NCBI GenBank assembly: GCA_029974015.1
Contig: JARKUF010000016.1
Coordinates: 26,886 to 90,885 of the forward strand
DNA from: Spirochaetota bacterium
GTDB taxonomy: Bacteria > Spirochaetota > UBA4802 > JAGODF01
Length of the DNA: 64,000 bases
Direction: 5' to 3'
Of the stretch, positions 48,669 through 57,961 are shown piece after piece. A program made the position numbers and the translations under genes. Below the pieces are notes generated by a model that did no database searches, had not been told where the DNA came from, and worked only from the letters and a program-made list of their open reading frames with translations. Within the stretch, counting starts at the first letter, position 1. Every line of letters begins with the position of its first letter.

Positions 48669-48810
48669 TGTAGATAAAAACCCATTTGTGGTTTTTTTCT
48701 TGCAATTTTTCTTCTATTACAAATTATAGCCAAAATTTGTATTTTTATCACTTTTCCCTGTCAGGCTTGACGGGGAGGGTGAAAAACACAATTTATTCAA
48801 CCAGGAGGCT

Positions 48811-50076
48811 TTGATGAAGAAGCTACTCGTTCTCATGGCCATTCTTATGGCCGCATGTTTTGTAATGCCCGCCATGGCACAGCCCGCACTAGCTTCGGGT
48901 TCAGATTCCGGCGTGGCTAAACTCACTTATGGTCCCGACAAATGGATCGACCTGCACTTGCTGTTCCAGATGCAGTATACGAATAAGTATACGTGGAATC
49001 CAGAAAATGTTTTAGACAAAAGTGATCCTAAAAATCCACTACCAATACCAGGTACTGGTGAAACCGAAAGCGATGGTGTCTGGGCGAGCGACTTTGCACC
49101 TAAAAGGATGCGCGTAATGTTCAATGGGCAGGTTGCCGAGAATTTAACTTTCTTTGTAGAAACAGATATTTACAATGACAGTCTCGAACGATATTCGTTA
49201 TTTCTGCAAGATGCCTATTTCAACTATAAGGTTGCCGATGAACTTCAAATTGCCTTCGGTATGATTCTCCTTCCCTTTATGCATCATAACAGGCAATCGG
49301 CCGTTTCCCTGCTCGGTGTTAACTACAACACAGCGGCCGTTAATATTGCCGAGTCGACAGTATGGCGCGACTACGGGGTAGAGTTCAGGGGCCTTCTGGC
49401 TAATAAGATGATCGATTACCGGATCGGCGTTTTTGACGGAATAGAAAGAAAAGTTGATAAAGCCGTTGGTTCCAGTGATGATATAAATCCAAAAGGCCTT
49501 CCGAGAGTTACCGGCCGCGTACAGGTCAACTTTATGGATGCGGAAGACGGATTCTTCTACAGCGGTAACTATCTTGGTAAAAAGAAGATCGTTTCTCTTG
49601 GCGGCGGTATCGATTACATGAGGGATGCTCGTGAAATTAGCGGTTCTGTTAAGGATTATCTTGGATGGACGGTCGATCTAACAGTGGATTATCCGATCAA
49701 TCCTACAATGGTGCTTGCGTTCCAGGCCGCTTATGTTCAACTCTCAAACCGTCCCGGAAGCGTTTCAATATCAGGAGTTACTGGTCTTTCTATGCCTGAA
49801 GATGAGACAGGATATTTTGCTCAACTCGGCTTGTTAATCAACAATACTTTCCAGCCCGTGTTGAAATACTCCGCGTGGGTGTTTGAAGATGCTGCAGGCG
49901 GGGACGATGCTACACTGCGCTATCTCACCCTGGGGCTCAACTACTTCATCAATGGGCACAATGCTAATATCAAAATGGAATACCAGATGCCCATCGGTAA
50001 TGTGGCGAGCGGTCTGAAACAGGCTGACATTCCCAACCAGCAGGTGTTCACAATTCAGGCCCAGCTTTTCATCTAA
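48811..50076 (+). CDS. Outer-membrane porin-like beta-barrel protein
   Basis: Signal peptide (MMKKLLVLMAILMAACFVMPAMAQPA), amphipathic strands, and a C-terminal ...FTIQAQLFI ending in an aromatic residue. Confidence 0.45.
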   Translation: MMKKLLVLMAILMAACFVMPAMAQPALASGSDSGVAKLTYGPDKWIDLHLLFQMQYTNKYTWNPENVLDKSDPKNPLPIPGTGETESDGVWASDFAPKRMRVMFNGQVAENLTFFVETDIYNDSLERYSLFLQDAYFNYKVADELQIAFGMILLPFMHHNRQSAVSLLGVNYNTAAVNIAESTVWRDYGVEFRGLLANKMIDYRIGVFDGIERKVDKAVGSSDDINPKGLPRVTGRVQVNFMDAEDGFFYSGNYLGKKKIVSLGGGIDYMRDAREISGSVKDYLGWTVDLTVDYPINPTMVLAFQAAYVQLSNRPGSVSISGVTGLSMPEDETGYFAQLGLLINNTFQPVLKYSAWVFEDAAGGDDATLRYLTLGLNYFINGHNANIKMEYQMPIGNVASGLKQADIPNQQVFTIQAQLFI

Positions 50077-50103
50077 TTTATTCAAGCCTGAAACGATTAT
50101 TGG

Positions 50104-50142
50104 CAAAAAAAGGGGACGCCCCGCAGGGTGTCCCTTTTTTTT
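50104..50142. terminator. Bidirectional rho-independent terminator between the convergent porin and nagB genes
   Basis: A7-GGGGACGCCCCGCAGGGTGTCCC-T8: a GC-rich hairpin flanked by an A-run and a T-run. Confidence 0.7.
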
Positions 50143-50151
50143 AATGCCGGT

Positions 50152-50943
50152 TCAGCGCCCTATCTTCTTTTGAACAAGCTGTTTGTGGTCGCGTATCCAG
50201 TTATAGTATTCCTTTCTTTGCAGCGCGGATGCCGCTTCCTCGTCGAGGACTACGGTAACGAAGGGGTGAAGCTGAAGCGCCGATGCGGTTACCTGGCTGG
50301 TTACGGGCCCCTCGATGAATTTGGCGCAGGCTTCGGCCTTTTTTTTGCCATTTGCGACGAGGAGTATTTTTCGAGCGTCGAGTATGGTCCCCACCCCCAT
50401 GGTGATGACGAAGCGCGGTACTTGGTCGATGCTTTCGAAAAATCTCGAGTTGTCTTCAATGGTCTTCTGGGCAAGCGCCTTGACCCTGGTTCGGCTTGCG
50501 AGGGAGGAGCCGGGCTCGTTGAAGGCTATGTGCCCGTTGCGTCCAATTCCAAGCACCTGAAGGTCGATGCCGCCCGCTTCAAGTATTTTCTGTTCATACC
50601 AGGCGCAGAATTCCTCGGGGTCGTCGGTGTTGCCCTGGGGGACGAATTCGTTGGCGGGTACTGTATTTATATGCTTGAATAGGTTTTCCTGCATGAAATA
50701 ATTATAGCTGTTGGGGTGAAGGGGCGCAAGCCCTATATATTCATCAAGATTAAAGGATTTAATTTTGGAAAAATCGAGCCCTTCTTCCTTATGAAGCCTC
50801 ACAAGCTCCTTATATGTGCCGGAGGGAGTGTCCCCGGTGGCGAGGCCGAGTACGGAATCGTGTTTTTTCCTAATTTGCGCCGCAATGAGACCGGCGGAAA
50901 TTTTGCTCATTTCTTCGTAGTCGTGCGCGATGACGATTTCCAT
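50152..50943 (-). CDS. nagB: Glucosamine-6-phosphate deaminase
   Basis: Start at MEIVIAHDYEEMS (an AAGGAGAG RBS upstream). Contains GLATGDTP, NLDEY and GIGRNGHIAFNEPGS, which are NagB signatures. Confidence 0.85.
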   Translation of the reverse strand: MEIVIAHDYEEMSKISAGLIAAQIRKKHDSVLGLATGDTPSGTYKELVRLHKEEGLDFSKIKSFNLDEYIGLAPLHPNSYNYFMQENLFKHINTVPANEFVPQGNTDDPEEFCAWYEQKILEAGGIDLQVLGIGRNGHIAFNEPGSSLASRTRVKALAQKTIEDNSRFFESIDQVPRFVITMGVGTILDARKILLVANGKKKAEACAKFIEGPVTSQVTASALQLHPFVTVVLDEEAASALQRKEYYNWIRDHKQLVQKKIGR

Positions 50944-51065
50944 GTTTATGCTCTCCTTTGGAGAAAAGATGGCTTCGGCGGAAGCCTGATTGATTAGGTA
51001 GTCGCGCCCTGGAAATGAAATAGTCAAGAAAAAAAAATTTTTAAGTCAGCGTGCGCCAGCGCAGT

Positions 51066-52463
51066 TTACCATTCCCCGGTTTTGAGGTATTCGTCCATTG
51101 ATTGGGCGGCTTTGCGGCCTGCGCCCATGGCCAGGATTACGGTTGCGGCGCCGGAGACAATGTCACCGCCCGCAAAGACGCCTCTTTTGGAAGTGCGCAT
51201 CGTCTCCTCTTGTACAACGATGGTGCCCCATTTCGACCGCTCCAGGCCGGGTGTCGTTTTTTGGATTATCGGGTTTGGAGAATTTCCAATGGCGATGATA
51301 GCCAAGTCGATGTCGATGGCGAATTCGGAGCCCTTCACGGGGACAGGGCGGGGACGGCCGGAAGAATCAGGCTCCCCGAGTTCCATGCGAAGGCACTCCA
51401 CGGCCCTGAGTCGGCCCTTATCGTCCCCTATGAAGCGCGTTGGATTTGAGAGAAGCCTGAAGATTATCCCTTCCTCTTCGGCGTGGTGGACCTCCTCCGC
51501 TCTTGCGGGGAGTTCATTCCTCGTGCGGCGGTATATGATATAGACATTCTCTCCACCGAGGCGTCTGGCGGTGCGCGCGGCGTCCATGGCCACATTGCCT
51601 CCGCCGAAAACACCGACATTTTTCCCTTTGATTATGGGAGTGTCGTACAAGGGAAACATGTACGCCTTCATGAGGTTTGCACGGGTGAGATACTCATTGG
51701 CCGAATATACTCCAATCAGGTTTTCACCGGGGACTTCGAGGAAAAGGGGAAGGCCCGCGCCGGTGCCTATGAATATGGCATCGTATCCCTGGCTGAGGAG
51801 GTCGTCAATGGTTTCGGACATGCCCACAACGCGGTTAAGGGCAATTTGCACTCCGAGTTTTTTAAGGGCCTCAATTTCGTATTGCACAATCGCTTTAGGC
51901 AGGCGGAATTCGGGAATGCCATAGACGAGGACACCGCCGGGACTGTGTAGCGCCTCAAATATTGTTACATCATGGCCGAGTTTACGGAGCTCGCCCGCGG
52001 CGGTGAGCCCCGCGGGGCCGGAGCCCAGAATGGCGATTTTTTTGCCGGTTGGGGGCAGGGTTTTCTGCGCGGCAAGCTGTTCGCGCTCACGCTCGTAATC
52101 AGCGGCAAAGCGTTCCAGATGGCCTATCGCAACGGGCTGGAATTTTTTTGCGAGGATGCAGCGCTCCTCGCATTGGATTTCCTGGGGGCAGACGCGGCCG
52201 CATACGGCCGGAAGGGAGTTGGTCCTCTTGATTATTTCAATGCTGTCGAGGAAGCGCTCCTCGGATATTGCCTTGATGAAGGCAGGAATGTCAATGCGCA
52301 CGGGACAGCCTTCGACGCATGTGGGCTTTTTGCATTGAATGCAGCGTTTTGCTTCAATTACGGCCTGTTCGTCGGTGAGGCCGAAGGGGACCTCATTGAA
52401 ATTCCGGATTCGTTCGGCCGGGTCCTGCTCGTTCATTTTCTGCCTTGGGGTCCTATTTGCCAT
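51066..52463 (-). CDS. Glutamate synthase small-subunit-like FAD/NAD(P)H oxidoreductase with N-terminal [4Fe-4S] clusters (NfnB/SudA/GltD family)
   Basis: CIQCKKPTCVEGCP...CGRVCPQEIQCEERC, then two Rossmann GxGxxG sites (ILGSGPAGLTAA and VFGGGNVAMDAA). Stop/start overlap with the upstream PyrK-like gene. Confidence 0.8.
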   Translation of the reverse strand: MANRTPRQKMNEQDPAERIRNFNEVPFGLTDEQAVIEAKRCIQCKKPTCVEGCPVRIDIPAFIKAISEERFLDSIEIIKRTNSLPAVCGRVCPQEIQCEERCILAKKFQPVAIGHLERFAADYEREREQLAAQKTLPPTGKKIAILGSGPAGLTAAGELRKLGHDVTIFEALHSPGGVLVYGIPEFRLPKAIVQYEIEALKKLGVQIALNRVVGMSETIDDLLSQGYDAIFIGTGAGLPLFLEVPGENLIGVYSANEYLTRANLMKAYMFPLYDTPIIKGKNVGVFGGGNVAMDAARTARRLGGENVYIIYRRTRNELPARAEEVHHAEEEGIIFRLLSNPTRFIGDDKGRLRAVECLRMELGEPDSSGRPRPVPVKGSEFAIDIDLAIIAIGNSPNPIIQKTTPGLERSKWGTIVVQEETMRTSKRGVFAGGDIVSGAATVILAMGAGRKAAQSMDEYLKTGEW

Positions 52464-53304
52464 AGCCGGTAACTCCGTCTAACGCGCAGCGGTGTCCTTG
52501 TTCCATCGAAGTTTTCTCCTCGTCGCGGTACGAGCCGAGCCTCGTCAAGAGTTCATTGAAATCGACTTTGTGCCCGTCGAATTCGGGGCCGTCAACGCAT
52601 GTGAACTTTTTTTCGCCGCCTACGGTCACGCGGCATCCGCCGCACATCCCTGTCCCGTCAACCATGATGGAGTTGAGGCTCACCAGTGTTGGAATCGCCT
52701 TTTCGCGAGTGAGGTCGGAGACCGCTTTCATCATGGGGAGCGGTCCAATGGCGACGACGAGGTCCACTTTTTCGCGGGCAATGATTTCACCAAGGGCTTC
52801 GGTGACGAAGGCTTTGCGTCCATAGGACCCATCGTCGGTGCAGACTATTGTTTCGTCGCCGGTCTCCCTCATCTCTTTTTCGAGGGCGATGAGGTCCTTT
52901 GTCCTTGCGCCGATGATGTTTATCACCCTGTTGCCTTCAGCTTTCATTGCCGTGGCGATGGGGTAAATGGGCGCGACGCCGATGCCGCCTCCGACGCACA
53001 CCACAGTCCCGTATTTTTTGATTTCAGTGGGATGTCCCAGGGGCCCGGCGATGTCGAGTATGATGTCGCCTGCTTTCAGTTTGGAGAGGTCCGTTGTGGT
53101 TTTGCCCACAACCTGGTACATGAGGGTAATGGTGCCGGATTCACGGTCCGAATCCGCTATGGTAAGGGGTATGCGCTCTCCTTTTTCACCGATCCTGAGT
53201 ATGATGAACTGGCCAGCCTTCCTGTGGGCTGCCACATACTCGGCCTTTACTATCATTTTCCCCGTATTGGGGCTTATCATTTCGTTGGAAACTATTGTAT
53301 GCAT
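52453..53304 (-). CDS. PyrK-like ferredoxin-NAD(P)+ reductase subunit (NfnA/SudB-type, FAD + [2Fe-2S])
   Basis: FNR-like RxxS flavin and GGGIGVAP NAD-binding motifs. A C-terminal [2Fe-2S] Cys cluster (GTGMCGGCRV...FTCVDGP). Confidence 0.7.
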   Translation of the reverse strand: MHTIVSNEMISPNTGKMIVKAEYVAAHRKAGQFIILRIGEKGERIPLTIADSDRESGTITLMYQVVGKTTTDLSKLKAGDIILDIAGPLGHPTEIKKYGTVVCVGGGIGVAPIYPIATAMKAEGNRVINIIGARTKDLIALEKEMRETGDETIVCTDDGSYGRKAFVTEALGEIIAREKVDLVVAIGPLPMMKAVSDLTREKAIPTLVSLNSIMVDGTGMCGGCRVTVGGEKKFTCVDGPEFDGHKVDFNELLTRLGSYRDEEKTSMEQGHRCALDGVTGYGK

Positions 53305-53350
53305 TGGCCGTTCCGGTTGAATATATTAGCGCTAAAGCGTACAAGTTAAG

Positions 53351-53434
53351 GGCAACCTCCAATAATCAGGTTTTTCCTCCCGCCTTCCGCGGTCGTAAAA
53401 ACCTGACTGATTAATTTAATTTTTAGAGGTTGCC
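53351..53434 (+). repeat. MITE-like repeat, copy H1 (short form: left inverted repeat, hairpin, right inverted repeat, no middle module), with perfect terminal inverted repeats
   Basis: GGCAACCTCCAATAATC + AGGTTTTTCCTCCCGCCTTCCGCGGTCGTAAAAACCT + GACTGATTAATTTAATTTTTAGAGGTTGCC. TTAA at 53346-53349 (one extra G before the repeat) and at 53435-53438. Confidence 0.7.
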
Positions 53435-53499
53435 TTAATATTAAACAGCGACAGTTTGGTACATTGACCCGGCACTGCAAGAACAATTCTCTGTCAAAC

Positions 53500-53570
53500 T
53501 TATGGGGACCTTTTACTCAGGTTTTTCAGCCCGCCGGCGTCGGGCGGGAAAACCTGTGTGATTAATTTGC
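53500..53570 (+). repeat. MITE-like repeat, copy H2 (rearranged/truncated derivative adjacent to H1)
   Basis: ...TATGGGGACC-TTTTACTC-AGGTTTTTCAGCCCGCCGGCGTCGGGCGGGAAAACCT-GTGTGATTAATTTGCC. Confidence 0.55.
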
Positions 53571-53631
53571 CACGAAAGGCCTTCGCCAATTTTGCTAAAA
53601 GAAATGCAAAAATAGGCGAGTAAGCTCCAAT

Positions 53632-54687
53632 TCACACGGATGCATTCCGTATATATGATTGTGCTTCTTCAATAGCATTATAATCTGTCAAAACAAGGGG
53701 GTCGATGCCGTTTCTCATCAGGCGCACTCTGGTTTCCGCAATGTGGGATTGTCTTGCATGGCATTTTCCCTCATCGAACATAATTATCGTCTCAATCCCA
53801 TAGGAGCCTGCAAGCCGGTAGAGAAGTTCAAATCTGTCTCGTGGGCTTCGGAGGCAGGGACAGAGGGGCCTGAAGGAAAATGCGCGGATAATTTCCTCAT
53901 GGAGTTCGGCGGATTCCGTGTTGTGGGAGAGGTCAAAGCTCCTTCGGCCTCCGCAGATATCGTCCTCAAGTATGTAAAATCCAAGAGCCTCCAGGGCATC
54001 GAGGATATCGTGTCCGCTGGCGCAGCAACCCGAGATCATGGTGGGAAGTCCAAAGGGAGGCCTGTCAGTCGGGGCGTTGAGTAAGGCTTCTAATATTCCG
54101 GTGAGGAATGGGTAAACCACTTCGAATGGGAGAGAGAGGCCGCCTTGAAATATAGTAAATAATTGGGATTGGGCCATTGATTTAGGCTTTTCTGCCCGCA
54201 ATGCCGCAATTCCTCGAATAACACGCCGCAGGGTATTGTACATTTCGGCGGCTTTACGAAGTGCTGTAGGGTCCGGAATTGACGAGATGGAGGCATTTTT
54301 TACGTTTTTCAGAAAGGATGCGAGTGTGGACTTCCATGCACCGATTGATGGTTCACCGGGTTCCGGTGGTATGTTTTCAACTGGCAAAGTTTTCACGCCG
54401 GGAAGGCAGTCTTTGAAATGGCGACACTGGGCAGGGAAGGCATATACATCGGCTGTATTTTCAATTTGGGAAGGGAAACCGGGGGAGCAATCTTTATTCA
54501 AAAAGTTCGGTACAATTAGAGGGGTGATTCCGTGGGCGGAAAGTATTTCAAAAGGAAGAAAATCACAGGGAAACGCTATAATTGTTCCGGAAAATTCTTG
54601 TTTGTTTTCAAGAGGCCCTTCCCAGAAGGAGTGGATTGCATTTGTGATTTCTCCGACGAGGCAAGATATGGTAAGCTCTGTTTCCAT
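53632..54687 (-). CDS. 2-hydroxyacyl-CoA dehydratase / benzoyl-CoA reductase subunit-like protein (HGD-D family)
   Basis: Length and spaced Cys residues (SGCCASGHD, DICGGRRS, CPC) are consistent with the HGD-D/BcrB/BadE fold. No partner activase gene is seen nearby. Confidence 0.4.
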   Translation of the reverse strand: METELTISCLVGEITNAIHSFWEGPLENKQEFSGTIIAFPCDFLPFEILSAHGITPLIVPNFLNKDCSPGFPSQIENTADVYAFPAQCRHFKDCLPGVKTLPVENIPPEPGEPSIGAWKSTLASFLKNVKNASISSIPDPTALRKAAEMYNTLRRVIRGIAALRAEKPKSMAQSQLFTIFQGGLSLPFEVVYPFLTGILEALLNAPTDRPPFGLPTMISGCCASGHDILDALEALGFYILEDDICGGRRSFDLSHNTESAELHEEIIRAFSFRPLCPCLRSPRDRFELLYRLAGSYGIETIIMFDEGKCHARQSHIAETRVRLMRNGIDPLVLTDYNAIEEAQSYIRNASV

Positions 54688-54751
54688 TGTTTTTCGTTTG
54701 GGGTTTCAGGTATTTAATCCTTGAGACATCATAATGTTGGCTTTGAATTGT

Positions 54752-54871
54752 GGCAACCTCTAATAATTAGGTTTTCCCGCCCGCCTTCGGCGGGCGGGAA
54801 AACCTAAGTCCTGAGTATGCCAGTAGTTACAATTTATGGGAACCTCAAAAATTTAATTTTTAGAGGTCCCC
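54752..54871 (+). repeat. MITE-like modular repeat, copy I (best-preserved full-length copy)
   Basis: GGCAACCTCTAATAATT + AGGTTTTCCCGCCCGCCTTCGGCGGGCGGGAAAACCT + AAGTCCTGAGTATGCCAGTAGTTACAATTTATGGGAACC + TCAAAAATTTAATTTTTAGAGGTCCCC. TTGT abuts both ends (54748-54751 and 54872-54875). Confidence 0.75.
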
Positions 54872-54943
54872 TTGTTCAAATAAAAAAAATGAGAGGTGGG
54901 GAACCTCTCAAGAAAGGGTAGTGTTTATGAAAGCGATAAATTT

Positions 54944-55780
54944 TTAATCGAGATAATCCTGTAGATGGGCGTACTTTTGTTTGATTTTGTTCATGGCCCT
55001 TGATTCAATCTGGCGCACAGTTTCAGCGGAGATGCCGAACTCATTGCCCACTTCTTTAAGAGTGACGGGCCTGTCGTCATCAAAACCGAATCTCATTCGA
55101 AGAATGCGTTTTTCGTTGTCCATAAGGGAATTCAAAGCTTCGTCGAGGGTTTTTTTGAGCTCGTCCCTGCCGAGGTTAAAATCAGGGGATTTTGTCGTTT
55201 CGTCCTCAACCACTTCCATAAGATTGAAATCGCCATCGTTAAGAGGGTATTCGAGGGACACGGTGGGCTGGAAGACTTCCTGTATTTCAAGGACTTCCTT
55301 TACATCGATTCCTAAGAGTTCGGCGATTTCATAGGTATTTGGTTCTCTTCCATTTTCGCTGATTAGTATCTCCCGGGCCTTTGTAATATTTTTAAAGAGA
55401 TCCCCTTTTCTTATAGGGATGCGTATGGTCCTGCTCCTCTTGGCTATGAAGCGCGTAATGTAATGCTTGATCCAATACGAGGCGTAGGTGGAAAACCTGC
55501 ATCCCATGCTGTAATCGAATTTTTCAGCGGCGCGTATGAGCCCGAGATTGCCTTCCTGGATTAGATCAATGATGGAGGGTTCAATGGAAGTATAGTTTTT
55601 CGCTATTTTTACGACAAGCCTGAGGTTTGAATTGATAAGCTTTTCTTTTGCGTTTTCGTCTCCCTCACATTTTGACTTTGCAAGGGTAGATTCCTCTTCA
55701 TGGGTTAACAGATTAATCTTGTTTATAGATGAAAAATAATTGGAGAGGCACATTTCATCGCCAGAGAAATAACTTTTCAT
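54944..55780 (-). CDS. Sigma-70 family RNA polymerase sigma factor, group 1/2-like (RpoS/RpoD-type) lacking region 1.1
   Basis: Start at MKSYFSG (an AAGGA RBS upstream). Region 2 DLIQEGNLGLIRAAEKFDYSMGCRFSTYASYWIKHYITR...TIRIP. Region 4 TLKEVGNEFGISAETVRQIESRAMNKI. Confidence 0.75.
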   Translation of the reverse strand: MKSYFSGDEMCLSNYFSSINKINLLTHEEESTLAKSKCEGDENAKEKLINSNLRLVVKIAKNYTSIEPSIIDLIQEGNLGLIRAAEKFDYSMGCRFSTYASYWIKHYITRFIAKRSRTIRIPIRKGDLFKNITKAREILISENGREPNTYEIAELLGIDVKEVLEIQEVFQPTVSLEYPLNDGDFNLMEVVEDETTKSPDFNLGRDELKKTLDEALNSLMDNEKRILRMRFGFDDDRPVTLKEVGNEFGISAETVRQIESRAMNKIKQKYAHLQDYLD

Positions 55781-56084
55781 GGTTTTTATCCTTTTCTTCA
55801 GGCTATCATAATATAAAGCAAGAACCATGCCATGTATTGGCATATTATAATATTTTGCATTATTTTTATAAAATTATTAAATGCTGGATGGGGAGGGAAA
55901 TCGCATTATTTGTAGGAGGGATTGGTACAAAAAAACAAGTATTACATTACTTGATTATACAATTTTTAGTATAACTGAGTAGAATATTTACGTATTGCTT
56001 ATAATTGTCAAGGTTCTGCCAATTACACTTGGAATAATATCTAAACCTTAGCAAATGGTTTTGGGACGAATTGTATAGCGATAA

Positions 56085-56135
56085 GTGTATATTTATTACA
56101 CATGTCAATTATTGATATGTGTATAATATTTACAC
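56085..56135. promoter_or_regulatory. Two copies of a GTGTA-N7-TACAC palindrome (candidate operator pair) inside a ~370-bp AT-rich region upstream of the sigma factor gene
   Basis: GTGTATATTTATTACAC (56085-56101) and GTGTATAATATTTACAC (56119-56135), centres 34 bp apart. Confidence 0.3.
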
Positions 56136-56220
56136 GATTGAGAAGATATTACTAGCGCAATTCGTTATCAAGAGGGGAGGATAAAAGAAAACCATTGCAG
56201 GGTTGAAGTTTATTAGAATA

Positions 56221-56335
56221 GGCGCCATATTTATTAGGTTTTCCCGCCTTTTCAGAGGGTGGGAAAACCCAAGTACCGCGTTTGCCAGAAGTTCCAATTT
56301 ATTGGAATCTTAATAATCTAATTCTTTGAGGTTCC
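56221..56335 (+). repeat. MITE-like repeat, copy J (degenerate)
   Basis: GGCGCCATATTTATT + AGGTTTTCCCGCCTTTTCAGAGGGTGGGAAAACCC + ...TTTGCCAGAAGTTCCAATTTATTGGAATC + TTAATAATCTAATTCTTTGAGGTTCC. Confidence 0.5.
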
Positions 56336-56367
56336 AAAAAGCTGTTTAATGGAAAAATTTTACCTGG

Positions 56368-56571
56368 TTACTTAATATTGTACTTTTTCTTAAACTTATC
56401 CACGCGGCCAGCGCTGTCGACTATCTTCTGCTTCTTTGTATAGAATGGGTGGCAGTTGGAGCAAATCTCAACCCTCATGTTTGGCACGGTAGATCGGGTT
56501 TTGATCTCGTTCCCGCATGCGCATTTTATTACTGTTTCCTCGTAGTTGGGGTGTATTCCTTTCTTCATCAC
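56368..56571 (-). CDS. rpmE: 50S ribosomal protein L31
   Basis: [47 protein letters not shown]: the Zn-ribbon CxxC...CxxC form of L31. Confidence 0.9.
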   Translation of the reverse strand: MMKKGIHPNYEETVIKCACGNEIKTRSTVPNMRVEICSNCHPFYTKKQKIVDSAGRVDKFKKKYNIK

Positions 56572-56581
56572 GATACCTCGT

Positions 56582-57961
56582 TTAAGTATTCATGGCCTTG
56601 AAAAACGCCTTGTTGTTCTTGGTTGCCCGCATCTTCTCCGTTAGAAGCTCCATTGCTTCCAGCGGACTCATTGCTGATATGACTTTTCTAAGTATCCATA
56701 TTTTATTAAGTTCATCCCCGTCAAGCAGAAGTTCTTCTTTTCTTGTGCCGGATTTGTTAATATCGATTGCCGGGAAAATGCGCCTTTCCACAAGTTTTCT
56801 GTCGAGGTGAAGCTCGCAGTTGCCCGTTCCTTTAAATTCCTCGAAAATGACCTCGTCCATTCGGCTTCCAGTGTCAATTAGCGCTGTGGAGAGTATGGTA
56901 AGGCTGCCTCCTTCCTCAATGTTGCGGGCGGCGCCGAAAAACCTTTTCGGCTTGTGCAGTGCATTGGAGTCTACGCCGCCGGAAAGGATTTTGCCGCTCG
57001 TGGGAACCACCTGGTTATAGGCCCGGGCAAGGCGGGTGATGGAGTCGAGTAGAATAACGACGTCCCTTTTATGCTCCACGAGACGTTTTGCCTTTTCAAG
57101 GACCATCTCCGCCACCTGGACGTGACGGGAAGCAGGTTCGTCGAAGGTGGACGATATTACTTCTCCCCGAACGGAGCGGGACATGTCGGTAACCTCCTCC
57201 GGGCGTTCGTCAATAAGGAGTACTATAAGGACCACCTCGGGGTGGTTCGTCGTTATCGAGTTGGCTATCTTCTGAAGCAGAATAGTTTTTCCGGTCCGGG
57301 GAGGGGCGACTATGAGGGCGCGTTGGCCCTTTCCAATGGGTGTGACGATGTTCATAATTCTCATCTCGATGTTTTCCGTTTCAGTCTCGAGATTAATGCG
57401 TTCCATCGGGTATAATGGCGTCAGGTTATCGAAGAAAAACCGCCTCTGGAGGTTTTCAGGATTTTCATAGTTTACGGCTTCAACCCGCAGAAGGGCGTAG
57501 AAGCGTTCGTTGTCCTTTGGGGGGCGGATCTGGCCGGTGACTGTATCACCTGTTCTAAGGCCGAAAAGGCGGATTTGCGAGGGGGATACATAGATATCGT
57601 CCGGGCCGGGAAGATAATTGTAGTTGGGTGATCTGAGAAAGCCGTAGCCGTCGTTCAGTATTTCAAGCACTCCGCTTGAGAAAATCAGGCCGTTACGCTC
57701 GGTCTGGGCCTTGAGTATCTCAAAAATTAGGTCCTGTTTCTTTAGGCCGGACATGCCTTCAAGGGACATCCCCTTGGTAATGGAAAAAAGCTCGTTTATG
57801 GTCTTGGTTTTTAATTCCGCCAGGTCGAGCCTGTTTTCGTTTGGGGCCATTTTTTTCTGCCCATTGCCGTTTGGAGTAGGCTGGGCGGGGGGCGCCGGTG
57901 ATTCGTTCTCGCCGTTCTTGGATTTAGCGCCCTGCCTCGGGGTTTCAGATAACCTTGCCAT
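56582..57961 (-). CDS. rho: Transcription termination factor Rho
   Basis: N-terminal RNA-binding OB domain, Walker [17 protein letters not shown]- and R-loops, and a C-terminal ...[30 protein letters not shown]. Confidence 0.95.
   Translation of the reverse strand: MARLSETPRQGAKSKNGENESPAPPAQPTPNGNGQKKMAPNENRLDLAELKTKTINELFSITKGMSLEGMSGLKKQDLIFEILKAQTERNGLIFSSGVLEILNDGYGFLRSPNYNYLPGPDDIYVSPSQIRLFGLRTGDTVTGQIRPPKDNERFYALLRVEAVNYENPENLQRRFFFDNLTPLYPMERINLETETENIEMRIMNIVTPIGKGQRALIVAPPRTGKTILLQKIANSITTNHPEVVLIVLLIDERPEEVTDMSRSVRGEVISSTFDEPASRHVQVAEMVLEKAKRLVEHKRDVVILLDSITRLARAYNQVVPTSGKILSGGVDSNALHKPKRFFGAARNIEEGGSLTILSTALIDTGSRMDEVIFEEFKGTGNCELHLDRKLVERRIFPAIDINKSGTRKEELLLDGDELNKIWILRKVISAMSPLEAMELLTEKMRATKNNKAFFKAMNT

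Noticed and set aside
48670-48710. Possible terminator after the FecR-like gene (AAACCCATTTGTGGTTTTTTT)
   Set aside because: The stem is only about 3 bp (CCA/TGG). It is too weak to call despite the T-run.
54769-54805. The GC-rich CCCGCCCGCC/GGCGGGCGGG hairpin read as a rho-independent terminator
   Set aside because: On both strands the stem is preceded, not followed, by the T-run (TTTTCCCGCC...GGCGGGAAAA), so no U-tract follows the hairpin in the transcript.
55980-56010. Possible RpoN (-24/-12) promoter upstream of the sigma factor gene (minus-strand TGGCAGAACCTTGACA)
   Set aside because: The GG and GC elements are not at the required 10-nt spacing (GA occupies the -12 position), so only TGGCA matches.
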